Shown here: in pieces, positions 1-11,959 of the stretch | How the letters are laid out: each line of letters opens with the position of its first letter | Numbering within the stretch: position 1 is the first letter of the stretch | Source: Saccostrea cucullata | Lineage: Eukaryota | Direction: 5' to 3' | DNA: 64,000 bases | Assembly (NCBI RefSeq): GCF_032062105.1 | Contig: NW_026927697.1 | Location: 248,001 to 312,000, forward strand | Translations under genes and position numbers: made by a program | The notes under the pieces: generated by a model | What the model was told of the DNA's origin: nothing | What the model saw: the letters and a program-made list of their open reading frames with translations, nothing else | Database searches by the model: none

Positions 1-759
1 TTCACTCTAATATTTCATTCTTAATAAAATTTGTCTTTTATCACCAAAATAGAGTTTGGCATACATAACTAAAATATCTCAGTCAGAAATATCACAATTA
101 ATTTTTCTCTAATGATATCAATACATTACGGAGAAAATTGGATTATTAAACGGCCGGGCATCTGATTTGTTTAGACTTATGAAAAACATTCTGTTAGCCA
201 TAATAAAACCATATAATATATTTATGCGATATATACTTCCCAACCAAAATTTTATTAATACATGTCTATATCTAGATGACTTTTTATTCTGTATTATATG
301 AGGAAAAACAATGAAATTTATTAATATCAATTTAGAATCAAATTACTTGCATTAGTACTACAACACAATAACAAATATTTCATAGTTTATCGAAGGTTTT
401 TCACCTTGTATGTCAATATCTAATAGTTTATTCTTTTTAAATCCTGCTGATATGAATGACAAACAAGAATTTTATTAAGAATTTTATTTTCAAATGTTTC
501 AACTACATGTATCAATTAAGGCATTATATATAGACTCAAACGACATTTAGGCATTACCGTTATTATTTATAAGGAGTAAAGATATAAAAATTCAAAACTG
601 CAAAAGTCAAAATAGTATTTATTCTAACCCCGTATTTACAGCAGCTGATAATTGTATCATTTTGAACATGTAATGGATCAGATGGATGAATCTTCAAATG
701 GGAATGAAGTTTCACTTCTCAATCCGTAACTCATATTAATTGATTAAATTGGATAAAGA

Positions 760-1112
760 TTGATTGATTGATTGTATATTGTTTAACGTCCCTCTTGAAA
801 ATTTTTCACTCATATGGAGATGTCACCGTATGCCGGTGAAGGGCTTCAAATTTAGACCTATACTCGGCACTCAGGGCCATTGAGCAATGAGGGTTCTTTA
901 TCGTGCCAGCGCCTACCGTGACACGGGACCTACGTTTTTAAGGTCATATCCGAAAGACCCGTGACTTTCACTTCTGATGTCGAGCACTTGGCGAAGGAAC
1001 AGTCGCTACCTATTTTTACGTCTTAGGTTTGACACGGCGCCGAGAACGAGAATCGAACCCGGGCCTCCCGATCACGAAGCGAACGCTCTACCATTAGGCT
1101 ACCGTGAACGGT
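760..1112 (-). mobile_element. tRNA-derived SINE (bivalve Meta-like body, CAAT tail)
   Basis: Minus strand starts with a tRNA-like head (A box TAGCCTAATGG, B box GGTTCGATTC) and ends in (CAAT)n; 13-bp TSD AATTGGATAAAGA at 747-759 and 1113-1125. Confidence 0.9.
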
Positions 1113-1610
1113 AATTGGATAAAGAAGTCAAATTTTCTCAATTCATAAATATTATTGTCTAGGCAACCTTTAGCCTTCCTGTTGACATGGGTTTTCGTCC
1201 CAGTCTCGATACACTGGATTGAAAAAGGATTCAATCTGATGGTGTCTTTGCAAAAATTCTTTAACTTATCCAAAATACCAGATACAGGTAATACATATGA
1301 CTTTCAGTTCAAAACTAAGGGTAATTTACTTAGTACATGTCGAGCACGCAAAAGTCAAAGTTAATTGATTTTCTGTCATATATAATTTTATGACACAACA
1401 TATAACCATATAAGTCATATTTAGTTCAAGATATTTGTTTATTGCTTTTGTTATCTATTGAAATTCAAATTCAGTGAATATATGTATGGGTTTTGAATAA
1501 ACATATTTCCTGTCAGTGTACATCTTACATTTATTTTAATGCTATTATGACGATATATATATATCACCTTCATGATATTCAAAGAGTTTTCTTCCGTTCG
1601 ATTCTTATGA

Positions 1611-1880
1611 TTGATTGATTGATTGTATACTGTTTAACGTCCCTCTCCAGAATATTTCACTGATATGGAGACGTCACCATTGCCGGTGAAGGGCTGCAAA
1701 TTTAAGCCTATGCTCGGCACTTACGGCCTTTGAGCAGGGATGGATCTTTATCGTGGCACACCTGCTGTGACACGGGGCCTCGGTTTATACGGTCTCATCC
1801 GAAGGACCGCCCCATTTAGTCGCCTTATACGACAAGCAAGGGGGTACTGAGGACCTATTCTAACCCGGATCCCCACGGGG
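1611..1880 (-). mobile_element. SINE-like retroposon with non-tRNA head, same body/tail as the 760-1112 SINE
   Basis: 12-bp TSD CGATTCTTATGA (1599-1610, 1881-1892); (CAAT)n tail; highly similar copy at 53385-53656. Confidence 0.9.
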
Positions 1881-2109
1881 CGATTCTTATGAAGAAATCA
1901 TGCATTTCTTATTATGAAGAAATCATGCATTTCTTATTTTGCAAGTGTTTTCTTTTTTTTCATGCATTAGATTTTGCACAAATTCTGCTTCATATGAATA
2001 TAAAATCAGATCGGCTAATAACGGGGCTCAATTGTCCCATGGGAATTCCACATAGATTGTTTGGAAAAAAATAATTCTTCGATATTTTGTTTTTTAAAGA
2101 AGGCCCAGG

Positions 2110-2490
2110 AAATATTTATTATATAAATATTGCATGTATTCGAGTGTAACATTGAAAATTATCACCCCAAGAAAACCATTGTCAACCGAGGCGCAGCCGT
2201 GGTTGATAATGGTTTTCGAGGGTCGGAAATTTTTAACGTTACACTCAACTACATGCAAAAATTTATTATATTATACTGAATGTTTATACAAATGCACATA
2301 ACAGTGAACCGAGCGCGCATAAATTCTGCGCAGTCGCTATTTTTTGGAATATCACCCGTCGTCAAGCAATGTTGACTGTTGCTACGCTGGAGGCGTGGCT
2401 TCATTATTCAGCGGGTAATAGTGTTTTTGTTTAAAAATGTTTCTCGACCAATCAGAATAAACGTATTTGCATGAAAGTATACTATTATAA
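2110..2490. mobile_element. non-autonomous element with long internal palindrome
   Basis: Imperfect hairpin of about 150 bp centred near 2190 (AAAACCATTGTCAACC...GGTTGATAATGGTTTT); boundaries approximate. Confidence 0.55.
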
Positions 2491-2768
2491 AATAATCATT
2501 TGATTTAACGAGTTTGGCATAAACAATGTCAACATTTTGTAAAAGAAGACTGAGGGTCTTATGAAATAAGTTCAATGTATTCAAAAATATTCGTACACCC
2601 GCTTTAATATTTAAGCAAATTAACATGTAAATATAAAGTTTAAATCTATTGTCCTTATATGCTCTTGTTATATTGAGTTTTATGCCATTTTAACTACTAA
2701 TACATACTAGTGTCTTTCTTTACTATGGTAGTATGATCAAAGACCAAGACAGAAAATAAACAACTCAC

Positions 2769-5700
2769 CACAGCAGAGTCCTGTTATCCTGTTGTCCCCA
2801 CTACTAACTGTCGCATTACGGATGATAACTGACTCATTATGACATTTTTCATGTCTTCTTGTGTGCAATATTGGATCAGATGTATAATTCAATTTCACGT
2901 TTTCACATGTAATATTGTCAAGAATGCTCGCAAAAATATGCTTGGTCCAAAAAATTATTTGTGTTGACTTTATGCAAACATTTATATTTTCTATACTTGT
3001 GGTATTGGTGAACGTGGTGGAAAAAGAAATATTCAACTGAAAATAGTGAAAATAATTATTACCCTCAGATTGTTTAAATTTTAATAAGGCCATTCCAAGC
3101 TTTTTCTCTGTTTAGCGTCCACCCATCTTTCAAAAACCTACCTACCTATTCGCAAAAAACACACAAGCCAAAACATAAAACACAGACTTAAAAGTCATAA
3201 AAATGAAGCCTTTCAAATGATTTGATCTAACAAAAGTGCTTTCATAGAAGAAATATCTATTCTTAAGCAAAAATAAGGGATTAAATGCTTAAAATACACC
3301 CAAGATAACTTACTGTACAGAATTATTTGGAGAAATTTACATAATTCAAAAATTTCAGGACTCCTGATGTTGTGTGTTTTTTTCTCATATGGGATTGTCA
3401 ATAACTAAGGCGCACGCGGACGCTAAACATAGAAAAAACTTGGGATGACCTAATTCAACATATATTCGTATTTTATCATATTATTATTGTATCATTGTGC
3501 ATACAAAGCATTTAATATACATGTATATTATTCATGGAAATTAACATTTTGCCCTCTGTCATTTAGTACAGTGTACACATTAAATTTTACTTTTTTTAAA
3601 TTTTGCAAAGAATGATTGAAAAAAATTGATATTCAAAGAATGGGGGTATATGTGTTTAAAAAGTCTGTTTGTTAAATTTATCTGTTCAACTATAATAAAG
3701 TATTTGTTTTTATTAACCTTAGATATATCTCTAAATAATTTTAATTTAAAAATATGGCATATTAACAGATAGATTTATTAAAAATAAATATATTTTGAGA
3801 TTTTTTTCTGAAAGATGTAGACAGATTCAACATCACTTTGTTAATGTTTTCCACTAAAGATATCAAATATTCTCTTTGCAAATGAATACTTTTTAATTTT
3901 ATAAGTTTTAACGTAAAATTATTGTGATTTGGAGCATACATATACCCAAATAAAATATGATATCACGCTTCTTTATGTTCGATTTTGGCTGTTGAATTTT
4001 TAGAGGAATGTATGAAAATTAACCTGCAAAGATATGTCTTTTACGGGCGTTTTAGTTAGACTAGTTTATGACACAATCAAGGTATTCAAATTAAACAAAA
4101 ATCAGTTTGACAGAAACTTTTGAAGGTATGGACCTAGCTACCTTAATTACCTTAAACGTTAACTGTTGCAATCACACGATTAAGTGTATGGCTCTCGTCG
4201 GCTTTTGCATCATAATTAATGAGCCAATTTGGTAAAATCAACATAAATTAATGCAATAGTGGGGATCAAGGTAGTTTATAAAACCGACAAACGTTGTTTA
4301 GAAAGAGTATATGGACATTATCCTATAAGGCTTATAAATGTACCTACATGTAATTGCAAGAGACAAGAGACACAGAAAATTTAACATGTATCATCTTTTC
4401 AGTCGTTTTGTAAGGATTAACGAAGCATCATTTTTATTTATCCTCTAAAAATTTGGACATGACACCTGTCGAAATTAGTTCTTTAGTTGTGCCCCGCTTT
4501 CGCTAAAGCGAGGGGACATTAAATCTCATTCGTCTGTCCGTCCGTCCGTCACAAATACTTTAACCTTGGTAATATCTTTTGAATGAGAAGAGATAGGGAT
4601 TTCATATTACACATGTATATTGCTCGTGACAAGACCTTTCTAAATATAATATGATTTTTGACCCCGTGACCTTGAAGTTTGACCAACTTTAAAACAAAAT
4701 TAACATTACTTTGAAATGGCCTTAACTTTTGAATGAGAAGAGACAGCCTCTAGTAGGGCTTTCATATTAAACGTCTGTATTGCCTCTGACAAGTCCTTTC
4801 TAAATAAATTTTTGACCTTGTGACCCTGACCTTAAAGTTTGACCATCTTTCAAAAACTTAAGCCTTTCTCATGACTTTTTAATGAGAAGAGATTGGGCCT
4901 TCATATTGGACCTGTGTATTGCCTTTCCATATACACTTTTATTTTTAATCCTGTGACCGTGTATTTTTACCTAATTTAAAAAAAATAGACTTCAAATTGG
5001 CTATAACCTTTGAATGAGAAAAGATAGGGCTTTCATATTAAACCTGTATATTACATGTACCTGTGCCATATCCTTTCTAAATACACTATGATTCTTGTGA
5101 CCTTGTCTTTGAAGTTTGATATAATTTTCAAAAAAAATTTCCTTACAACTTTTGATTGAATAGAGATAGGGCTTTCATATTCAACGTAAGCATTTCCTGT
5201 GACAAGATATTTCATAGCATGCTACGATTTCTAATCGCTTGACCTTGACTTTCACGATTGACTTAGTTTTTTTCAAATTCATTTTTCTCAAATTCAATTT
5301 CGGTGATAACTTCTTAATGACACATGAAAGGGCGTTCATATTTGACACAATATGCCATAAAAATAACATTTTACCCACAAATACACCCCAAAAGCGGGGG
5401 ACAAAATTTCTTTTTATTTGCTTGTTTTATTTATTTCTTACCGAAAAGACAAATGAAGTAAATGAAAAATTGGTTGTCATTAAAAGATCAAATGCACTGC
5501 ATATACTGTTGAACTGGTTTTCTACGTCTTCTCTCGATTTGTTGAGATGCAGTGGGATATTTTTACAACTGGAAACTGGACTGTTCGTTAATTTATATTC
5601 TGTATAATATTGAACGACAACGACGGGTATACCTGGAATAGGTCATAACATAGGTAACTCCATTTTACTTATATAAATAAAATGAATATTATTAAAATGT

Positions 5701-6996
5701 TAGTGATACGAAAACATTCTTATTAAGAAAATGTGTATGTATATGCTTGCCTGTATTGTCAATGAGGTTATTTCTATATCATTAATTTTTCATCGATTTG
5801 AACCTTTTTATCCGAAAACAAGAAAGCTTATCAGTAAGCGAGGTTAAACCAGATGACAAACGACAGGCTACGCATGCGCGAAAATGCTAGAGAGTTCGCA
5901 CCTTCGGTAACTTGCCCCTAGAATAATTCGCCCTATTTGCATTAGAATATGCCATTCATTGGCAAATCGCGCTTTTAAATCCGCACATCGCATTTACATA
6001 ATTCATTGGCAGATCCGAATTTCTCTCTAATACATATACTTTTATATACAAACTAAACATTGATTCTATGGTACAAGCATTTCTAAAAAGTAGGAAGAAT
6101 AGAAACACGTAAATGAACAACTTGAATGAAAAGCAACATTCAACGACTAGTTCTAGCTTTTAAAAGATAAAACAAGTTTTCGCCGACATTACTTTTGTGC
6201 ATTAAGCCTTGCCAAATTATTTAATATTTCGGCAATCCAAATACCGTTTGATAGTGGTCTTCAGCAACGGCTTTTAATGTGTGTGTGTGTGGGTGGGTGT
6301 GAGTGTGAGTGTGTGTGTGAGAGAGGGTGTGTGTGTGTGTGTGTGGAAGGGGAGGGGGGTGCTCCGACAAAAAAATCTGCGTATTACAGAGCTGTGCTAC
6401 ACGTGAACCATCAGATCTCTATTTTTCCCATGATAGATTTCTTCCGTAAAATTCAAATCAGGTGTCAAGTTCCAACCATTATGGGTTACATGTATCAAAA
6501 TAGCCCGATTTTTAAACTGACAAAACTTATCGTAGAAAAAGTTTAACAATTTTGCTTTGAAACTACAATCAGTCATTTAAGTAGGCAGATCATTGTAGAA
6601 AATGTAAACAAACCTACATGTATAATCACCACACCTAGACATTTTCTTAATTGAATTTGGTTAGAAAAACATGCATATGGTCCACGTATTGTAGTCCTTT
6701 TTTTTTAAAGGACAGCAACTTGTTAGATACTTTTATCGTGCATGTTTGAGAACATTCCACATTCAACAAAACTTCTAAGTTGTACAGGACTTTGTTTGGC
6801 AGGAAACAAGGGCATTATATATCTCCTGTTTGATATCATTCACTGAACAGCTCATGGTAAGACCTTAAAGAAATACTATGTTTACGTTATGTTGCACATG
6901 CATAAAATCTCAATCTGAACAAAGATGTGTTGACTAAATGCAAAGCTCACCTAACAGTAGGAACGAAAATAATGAGAACTCCATGAAGGTTTTCAT
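2769..6996 (-). CDS. Partial gene A: secreted/membrane N-glycoprotein, 3' exons not resolved
   Basis: Exons 6996-6951 (MKTFMEFSLFSFLLLG, signal-like, phase 1), 5599-5442 (phase 1 to 0) and 3036-2769 (phase 0 to 1; many NxS/T sites and Cys); GT-AG sites and phases are compatible. Confidence 0.55.
3088..3450. mobile_element. PIF/Harbinger (Tourist-like) MITE
   Basis: About 35-bp imperfect TIRs GGCCATTCCAAG...GTTTAGCGTCC / GGACGCTAAAC...CTTGGGATGACC; TAA on both flanks. Confidence 0.75.
4482..5410 (+). mobile_element. Non-autonomous Helentron/HINE-like element with internal satellite array
   Basis: 5' short inverted repeat/hairpin plus (GTCC)n microsatellite, then about 5 diverged ~150-bp repeats with TGACCTT motifs and a 3' hairpin CCCC...GCGGGG. 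Confidence 0.7.
6278..6345. repeat. (GT)n microsatellite
   Basis: Interrupted GT/GA dinucleotide run. Confidence 0.9.
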
Positions 6997-7250
6997 TTTA
7001 ACCAGGAAGTAAGAGCACGATCTGCGACATCGCGAACATAAAAAAATAAATACATTGGTTACATAAATAAAGACTTCTGTATGCGTGATTTTATATACTT
7101 TCCTGTCCATTATGATAAGGAATCTAAACAATATTTTCTGCATTACCTCTCTGTTCGTCTAGCATTTCAGTCATTCCCACTTAGTTTTCTGCTCCTTTTT
7201 CTTAGGCTTTTTCAGCACGTTTTACGACATCATTTTAGCATTTTTATGAT

Positions 7251-7475
7251 TAATATCATCTATTTTATGCATATAAAATCAGATGACTTTATTTTACGGG
7301 AAAAGGTATTAATTTTTTGGTCGGGATCGGCCTGCGGCCTTGGGTATATATAAGTCGGAAAGCTCGGGATCAACATTCTTTTCATCAACTTGCTGGATAC
7401 AGAGTAGGTTGAATATTTCTTTGTCAAGTTTTTTCATAATATTTGTAAGAAAAATTTTGCATCTGCCTTAAATAT
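7251..7475 (+). repeat. Split direct repeat A1 (copy A2 at 12356-12580)
   Basis: 225 bp, identical to A2 by eye; contains TATATAA. Confidence 0.95.
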
Positions 7476-7701
7476 ATTTAAATTTTGGTTAATGGATAAT
7501 AAATGTTCTTAATACTTTTTTAATCCAACGTATATATTTTCTCTGGATTGTGCTGGATTTACAGCCCGATTAAATGTGACACGACAGCCATTTTGAATAT
7601 ATTGTTGCAAATTTTTGCCCGTAGCAAATTTATCAAAAAATTTGTATCTGGTGAATTACAATTAGTAATTTTTTGTTTGTTATTTACTATAACGAGCGGA
7701 A

Positions 7702-8715
7702 ATGCCTCCCAAAAATAAGACTAAGCGGAATTGCAGACTGAGAGACAACGAGGGCAAAGCATCAAGGTCAAAGAGGTCAAGACAAGAGCGACCAGCGGTA
7801 GCGATAGAGGTTGACGATAATCATACAGTTCAGGAACCAGGTCCTTCAGGAAGCATCGCCGCCCAAGAGAATGTAGTTGGTGCCAGAAAGTCAAACTCTA
7901 CCCCACTGGCCCCAGCACCTGTGCCTGCTTTGGCCATTGAATCTCAATCAGGTACAAGCATTGGTTATGAGAATCAATATGTAGATAGCATTCATTCACT
8001 ATTGGCTAGCAATGTCTCTAACTCATTGAAGTCTAAAATCATTAGTTCAGCATACATAGAGATTAGTTTGTTGCTTGATAACACTTCCCTGACAGAATCT
8101 TCAGAGAAAAAAATATTTTTTAATGAAAAAGGGGAGTTGGTCACAAGAGAGGTTGTTAAACCTAGCAATAAGATTCAAAATATCAGTAAATGGACAGATG
8201 CATTCTTAGTTTACTCTAGCATTTATGCTTCAGCCCACCCAGAATCTTACCAGGGTTTGCTGAAATATTTATATGACATAAGACTCGGGGCATCAAGATG
8301 TGGGGAGGGGGATTTGGGATGGAAGAAATATGACGAGCAGTTTCGACTTCGCCGCAGTATCGATCCCACCATAGATTGGTCTAAAGTAGACTATGAGTTA
8401 TGGTTGATGTTTATGTCATCATCCCCACAATCTAAACTAACAATTAAACCGATCAGCCCAGCTTACAACAAGTGCTATAATTTCAACTTCAAGGGTCATT
8501 GTGACAGAAATTCTTGCCAGTACATGCACAAGTGCATTAAATGTTCTGGGAGTCATCCACAATATTTGTGCCCTCAATCTAATTATGTTGGGAAGTCCAC
8601 AAGTTACCCAAGGGGACCACTGCAGGGACAGCCTCAAGTTAGACCCCTTTTGTCACACCCAACCCAAACCCCAAGACCACAAAGGTATATGGGCCCTAGG
8701 AAATTCCCCTATTAA
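7702..8715 (+). CDS. Gag-like protein of Ngaro element
   Basis: 337-aa ORF; W..YDEQFR motif and C-terminal Cys/His finger CYNFN..GHC..SC.YMHKC.KC.GSH...LC typical of DIRS/Ngaro ORF1. Confidence 0.85.
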   Translation: MPPKNKTKRNCRLRDNEGKASRSKRSRQERPAVAIEVDDNHTVQEPGPSGSIAAQENVVGARKSNSTPLAPAPVPALAIESQSGTSIGYENQYVDSIHSLLASNVSNSLKSKIISSAYIEISLLLDNTSLTESSEKKIFFNEKGELVTREVVKPSNKIQNISKWTDAFLVYSSIYASAHPESYQGLLKYLYDIRLGASRCGEGDLGWKKYDEQFRLRRSIDPTIDWSKVDYELWLMFMSSSPQSKLTIKPISPAYNKCYNFNFKGHCDRNSCQYMHKCIKCSGSHPQYLCPQSNYVGKSTSYPRGPLQGQPQVRPLLSHPTQTPRPQRYMGPRKFPY

Positions 8716-10301
8716 TGTGGAAAAGTTAAATGAATATTTGCAGCCATATCCAGACAAATATGCTGCTAATTATATAAAAAATGGGTTTTCAAAGGGTTTT
8801 GAAATAAATTATACAGGCCCAAGGTGTCATGTGTTTTCAAAAAATCTTAAGTCTGCAAGTGAACACCATGATGAGTTGATGGAAAAGATAAGTAAGGAAA
8901 TAAAGCTTGGCCGAATCATGGGTCCTTTTGATCAACTTCCAATTTCTAACCTCCATATTTCACCAGTTGGTATTGTCCCTAAATCTGATGGAGGGTGGCG
9001 AATGATTACCCATTTATCCTATCCTAGTTCCCAGGGGATCAACGACTTTATAGACCCAGATTTATGTACAGTGCAGTATGCATCATTTGATGGTGTAGTC
9101 AATATGATTGCAAATTTGGGAAGGGGCGCATTGATAGGTAAGATGGATATTAAAAGTGCTTTTCGTTTAGTTCCGATAAATCCAGGGGATTTTGACTTGT
9201 TAGGTTTCTCTGTAGATGGATTATATTACATAGATAAATGCCTTCCCATGGGTTGTTCCATTAGTTGCAGAATTTGGGAAACATTTGCAACTTTTCTACA
9301 CTGGCTTGCTCAGTTCAAGTCTGGATTGAATACATTAGATCATTATTTAGACGATTTCCTTTTTGCAGGTAGGTCTGGTAGTGATGAATGTGAAATTCTA
9401 ATGTCTACTTTTAGTAACTTAGCTGGGGATTTAGGGGTACCTCTAGCCCATGAGAAAACTTCTGGTCCAACAACAAAATTAATATTTCTAGGTTTTGAAA
9501 TTGATACACTAGAGATGACAATTAAGATCCCAGAAGCTAAGTTAGAAATCCTGAAGAGTCTGATTGAAAATTTTTTAGATAGGGAAAAAGTTACACTGCA
9601 AGAAATGCAGTCTTTAGTTGGAATGCTCAATTTTTTTCTCAAAGGCAATCAGATCTAGTAGAGCTTTTATTCGAAGAATGTATGATGCATTTAGTGGAGT
9701 TTTCAAGCCACATCATCATATAAGATTATCAGTAGGAATTAAAAGTGACCTTAGAATGTGGCTGGTGTTCTTGAACCATTTCAATGGGGTTGCTTATTTT
9801 CCTAATACTGTATGGGAAGATTCTAGCATTTTACAGTTATTTACAGATAGTGCAGGTTCAGGTCATTTAGGTTGTGGTGGTTACTTTAGTGGAAGTTGGT
9901 TTTTTCTCCAATGGCCAAAACATTGGAACAACCAAGAAATTTTGAGAGACATGACTTTTCTTGAGCTCATACCAGTAGTTTTAGCAATAGAGATATGGGG
10001 ACCTAGGTTGTTACATAAAAAAGTTCAGTTTCATGTTGATAACCTTTCATTAGTTAGTGTCATCAATACCCAATCTTCCAAGTCCAAAAGAGTGATGGAA
10101 TTGGTAAGACATTTGGTTCTTAGACTGATGATCAATAATGTTATATTTAGGGCAAATCACATTAGTAGCTTGGATAACAAAATTGCAGATTCTATTTCTC
10201 GCAAACAGTGGTTCCGCTTCAAGACGTTAGCACCAGAGGCAAGCACCAGACCAGACCCTCTTCCAGTAGAATTAGTCAACATGATTTACAGATTCAAATG
10301 A
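8501..10301 (+). CDS. Reverse transcriptase-RNase H, interrupted by a single frameshift near 9631-9637
   Basis: RT motifs KMDIKSAF, LPMG, YLDDF; RNase H motifs FTDSA, LEL, VDN, ADSISR; removing one T from the T7 run joins the two ORFs (MLNFFSKAIRSS). Confidence 0.9.
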
Positions 10302-11209
10302 ATAAATTGCTAGATGCTTCAATCTCTGAAAACACTAAGACAGCATACGAAACAGGACAAAATTCATTTTATAATTTCCGGAAAGAATTTGGGTACGAAA
10401 TTTCATGGCCCCCACCTCTTAGAGATGTTGTTCACTTTGTTGCTTATCTGTCACTTAAGAAGTGTTCCTATGCTACGGCAAAATCTTATCTATCTTCTAT
10501 TAGTTTTCAATGCAAAATTCACAATTGGGTTGATGAAACAAAGAACTTTCTGGTTGTAAAGGTTCTTGAGGGTATGAGAAGAACTGGTAGGTCTGCAGAT
10601 GCAAGGCTACCTATAACCTTGCAGTTGCTTACTGAAGTTGTTAGGGTTTTATCGAGCATTTGTAGCAATAGTTATGAAACAAAATTGTTCAGAGCTGCTT
10701 ATATATTAGCCTTCTTTGGTTTTCTCAGAATAGGGGAATTCACATTGTCTGCTGGTAATAGTGTTCATACAATTTTACAAGTGACTGATGTTCAATTTGA
10801 AGCTAATTACTCCAAGGTTTTTGTACACATAAGAATGTCAAAATGTGATCAGGATAGAAAGGGGGTTTCTTTAGCCATTGATAAAAGTGGGGGAATCCTG
10901 TGTCCAGTAGCAAGTTTGATAGATTATCTTGCAGTAAGACCAAAAATTAAAGGGCCTTTATTTATCCACTGTGGAAAAAATCCCCTTACCAGATATCAGT
11001 TCTCTTCGGTTTTGAAAAAATCACTTCAGGTTTTGGGGGTTCAGGGGCATTATAGGGCCCATTCATTTCGTATCGGGGCAGCCACTGCAGCATTTGAAGC
11101 GGGGTGTTCACAAGATGTCATAATGGAAGCAGGGCGTTGGAAGTCTAGGGCATACAAATCGTACATAAGATGTCCTGTTGGGCAGATGTTGGGGGCAAAT
11201 AAGTTGTAA
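10298..11209 (+). CDS. Tyrosine recombinase of Ngaro element
   Basis: FLRIGE, HSFRIGAAT, GRWKS..YKSY catalytic motifs; ATG overlaps the RNase H stop (ATGA). Confidence 0.93.
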   Translation: MNKLLDASISENTKTAYETGQNSFYNFRKEFGYEISWPPPLRDVVHFVAYLSLKKCSYATAKSYLSSISFQCKIHNWVDETKNFLVVKVLEGMRRTGRSADARLPITLQLLTEVVRVLSSICSNSYETKLFRAAYILAFFGFLRIGEFTLSAGNSVHTILQVTDVQFEANYSKVFVHIRMSKCDQDRKGVSLAIDKSGGILCPVASLIDYLAVRPKIKGPLFIHCGKNPLTRYQFSSVLKKSLQVLGVQGHYRAHSFRIGAATAAFEAGCSQDVIMEAGRWKSRAYKSYIRCPVGQMLGANKL

Positions 11210-11241
11210 TTTTGTAAATATAACAAGAATTATTCAAATTA

Positions 11242-11853
11242 TTGCATACATTTGTAGAGGTCTCTGAAGTTAAAGTCTGGTGTGTGGGCTCCTCTATTAT
11301 TAAGAATGCAATGATGGCATCAGTATGCAGACCGGGGGGAACAAATCTTGGATTGGATAGATTGAAAATAAATATCTGGTGGCAGGGATATTCAGGTTTG
11401 AATTTTTTGGGACTTAAAAGAAAGCTCTTTTTTCTGACAGAATATGAGGAATCCCCAGACTTTTTGGTTATTCACTGTGGGGCAAACGATTTAGGATCAA
11501 TTGATCTGTATACTCTCATTGAGAAAATTAAATCCCATCTAAAGATTATCAAGACTCGCTTTCCACATTCTACACTTGTTTGGTCACAGATGCTGCCACG
11601 AAATAAATGGAGGTATTCGGGGGACAATAAAGCAATGGAGCGTTCCCGTCTTAAGGCCAATAGGGTAGCTGCTTCATTAGTGTTAGAGTTGGGGGGTTGT
11701 TACATAAAGTACCCTGATTTATTGAAAAACATATCGCAATTTCTGTTGCCAGATGGAGTACACCTCAATGACCTAGGAAATAAACTTTTTCTAAATAATA
11801 TCCAAAGGGGGTTAGAATTTTTCCTGTCAAAGCAAGGAAATGTGTATCCTTAA
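11242..11853 (+). CDS. SGNH/GDSL hydrolase carried by the Ngaro element
   Basis: Block I VGSS, block III HCGANDL, block V DGVH; no ATG upstream of block I. Confidence 0.85.
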   Translation: MHTFVEVSEVKVWCVGSSIIKNAMMASVCRPGGTNLGLDRLKINIWWQGYSGLNFLGLKRKLFFLTEYEESPDFLVIHCGANDLGSIDLYTLIEKIKSHLKIIKTRFPHSTLVWSQMLPRNKWRYSGDNKAMERSRLKANRVAASLVLELGGCYIKYPDLLKNISQFLLPDGVHLNDLGNKLFLNNIQRGLEFFLSKQGNVYP

Positions 11854-11959
11854 ACAAAACATCAAGAACATTGGTCCGTGGGGGCTTTTTGTCAGTTGCT
11901 TGGGTGCTCCCCCATGTGTGGGATGACTGCGAACTCTCCTTCGGTTGTTCGCTGTCATG

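Noticed and set aside
1040-1112. tRNA gene (also 47120-47200)
   Set aside because: tRNA-like heads of SINEs; continuous with SINE body and TSD, or degenerate
118-1364. Downstream exons of gene A
   Set aside because: Open stretches exist, but I could not find phase-compatible splice sites with confidence
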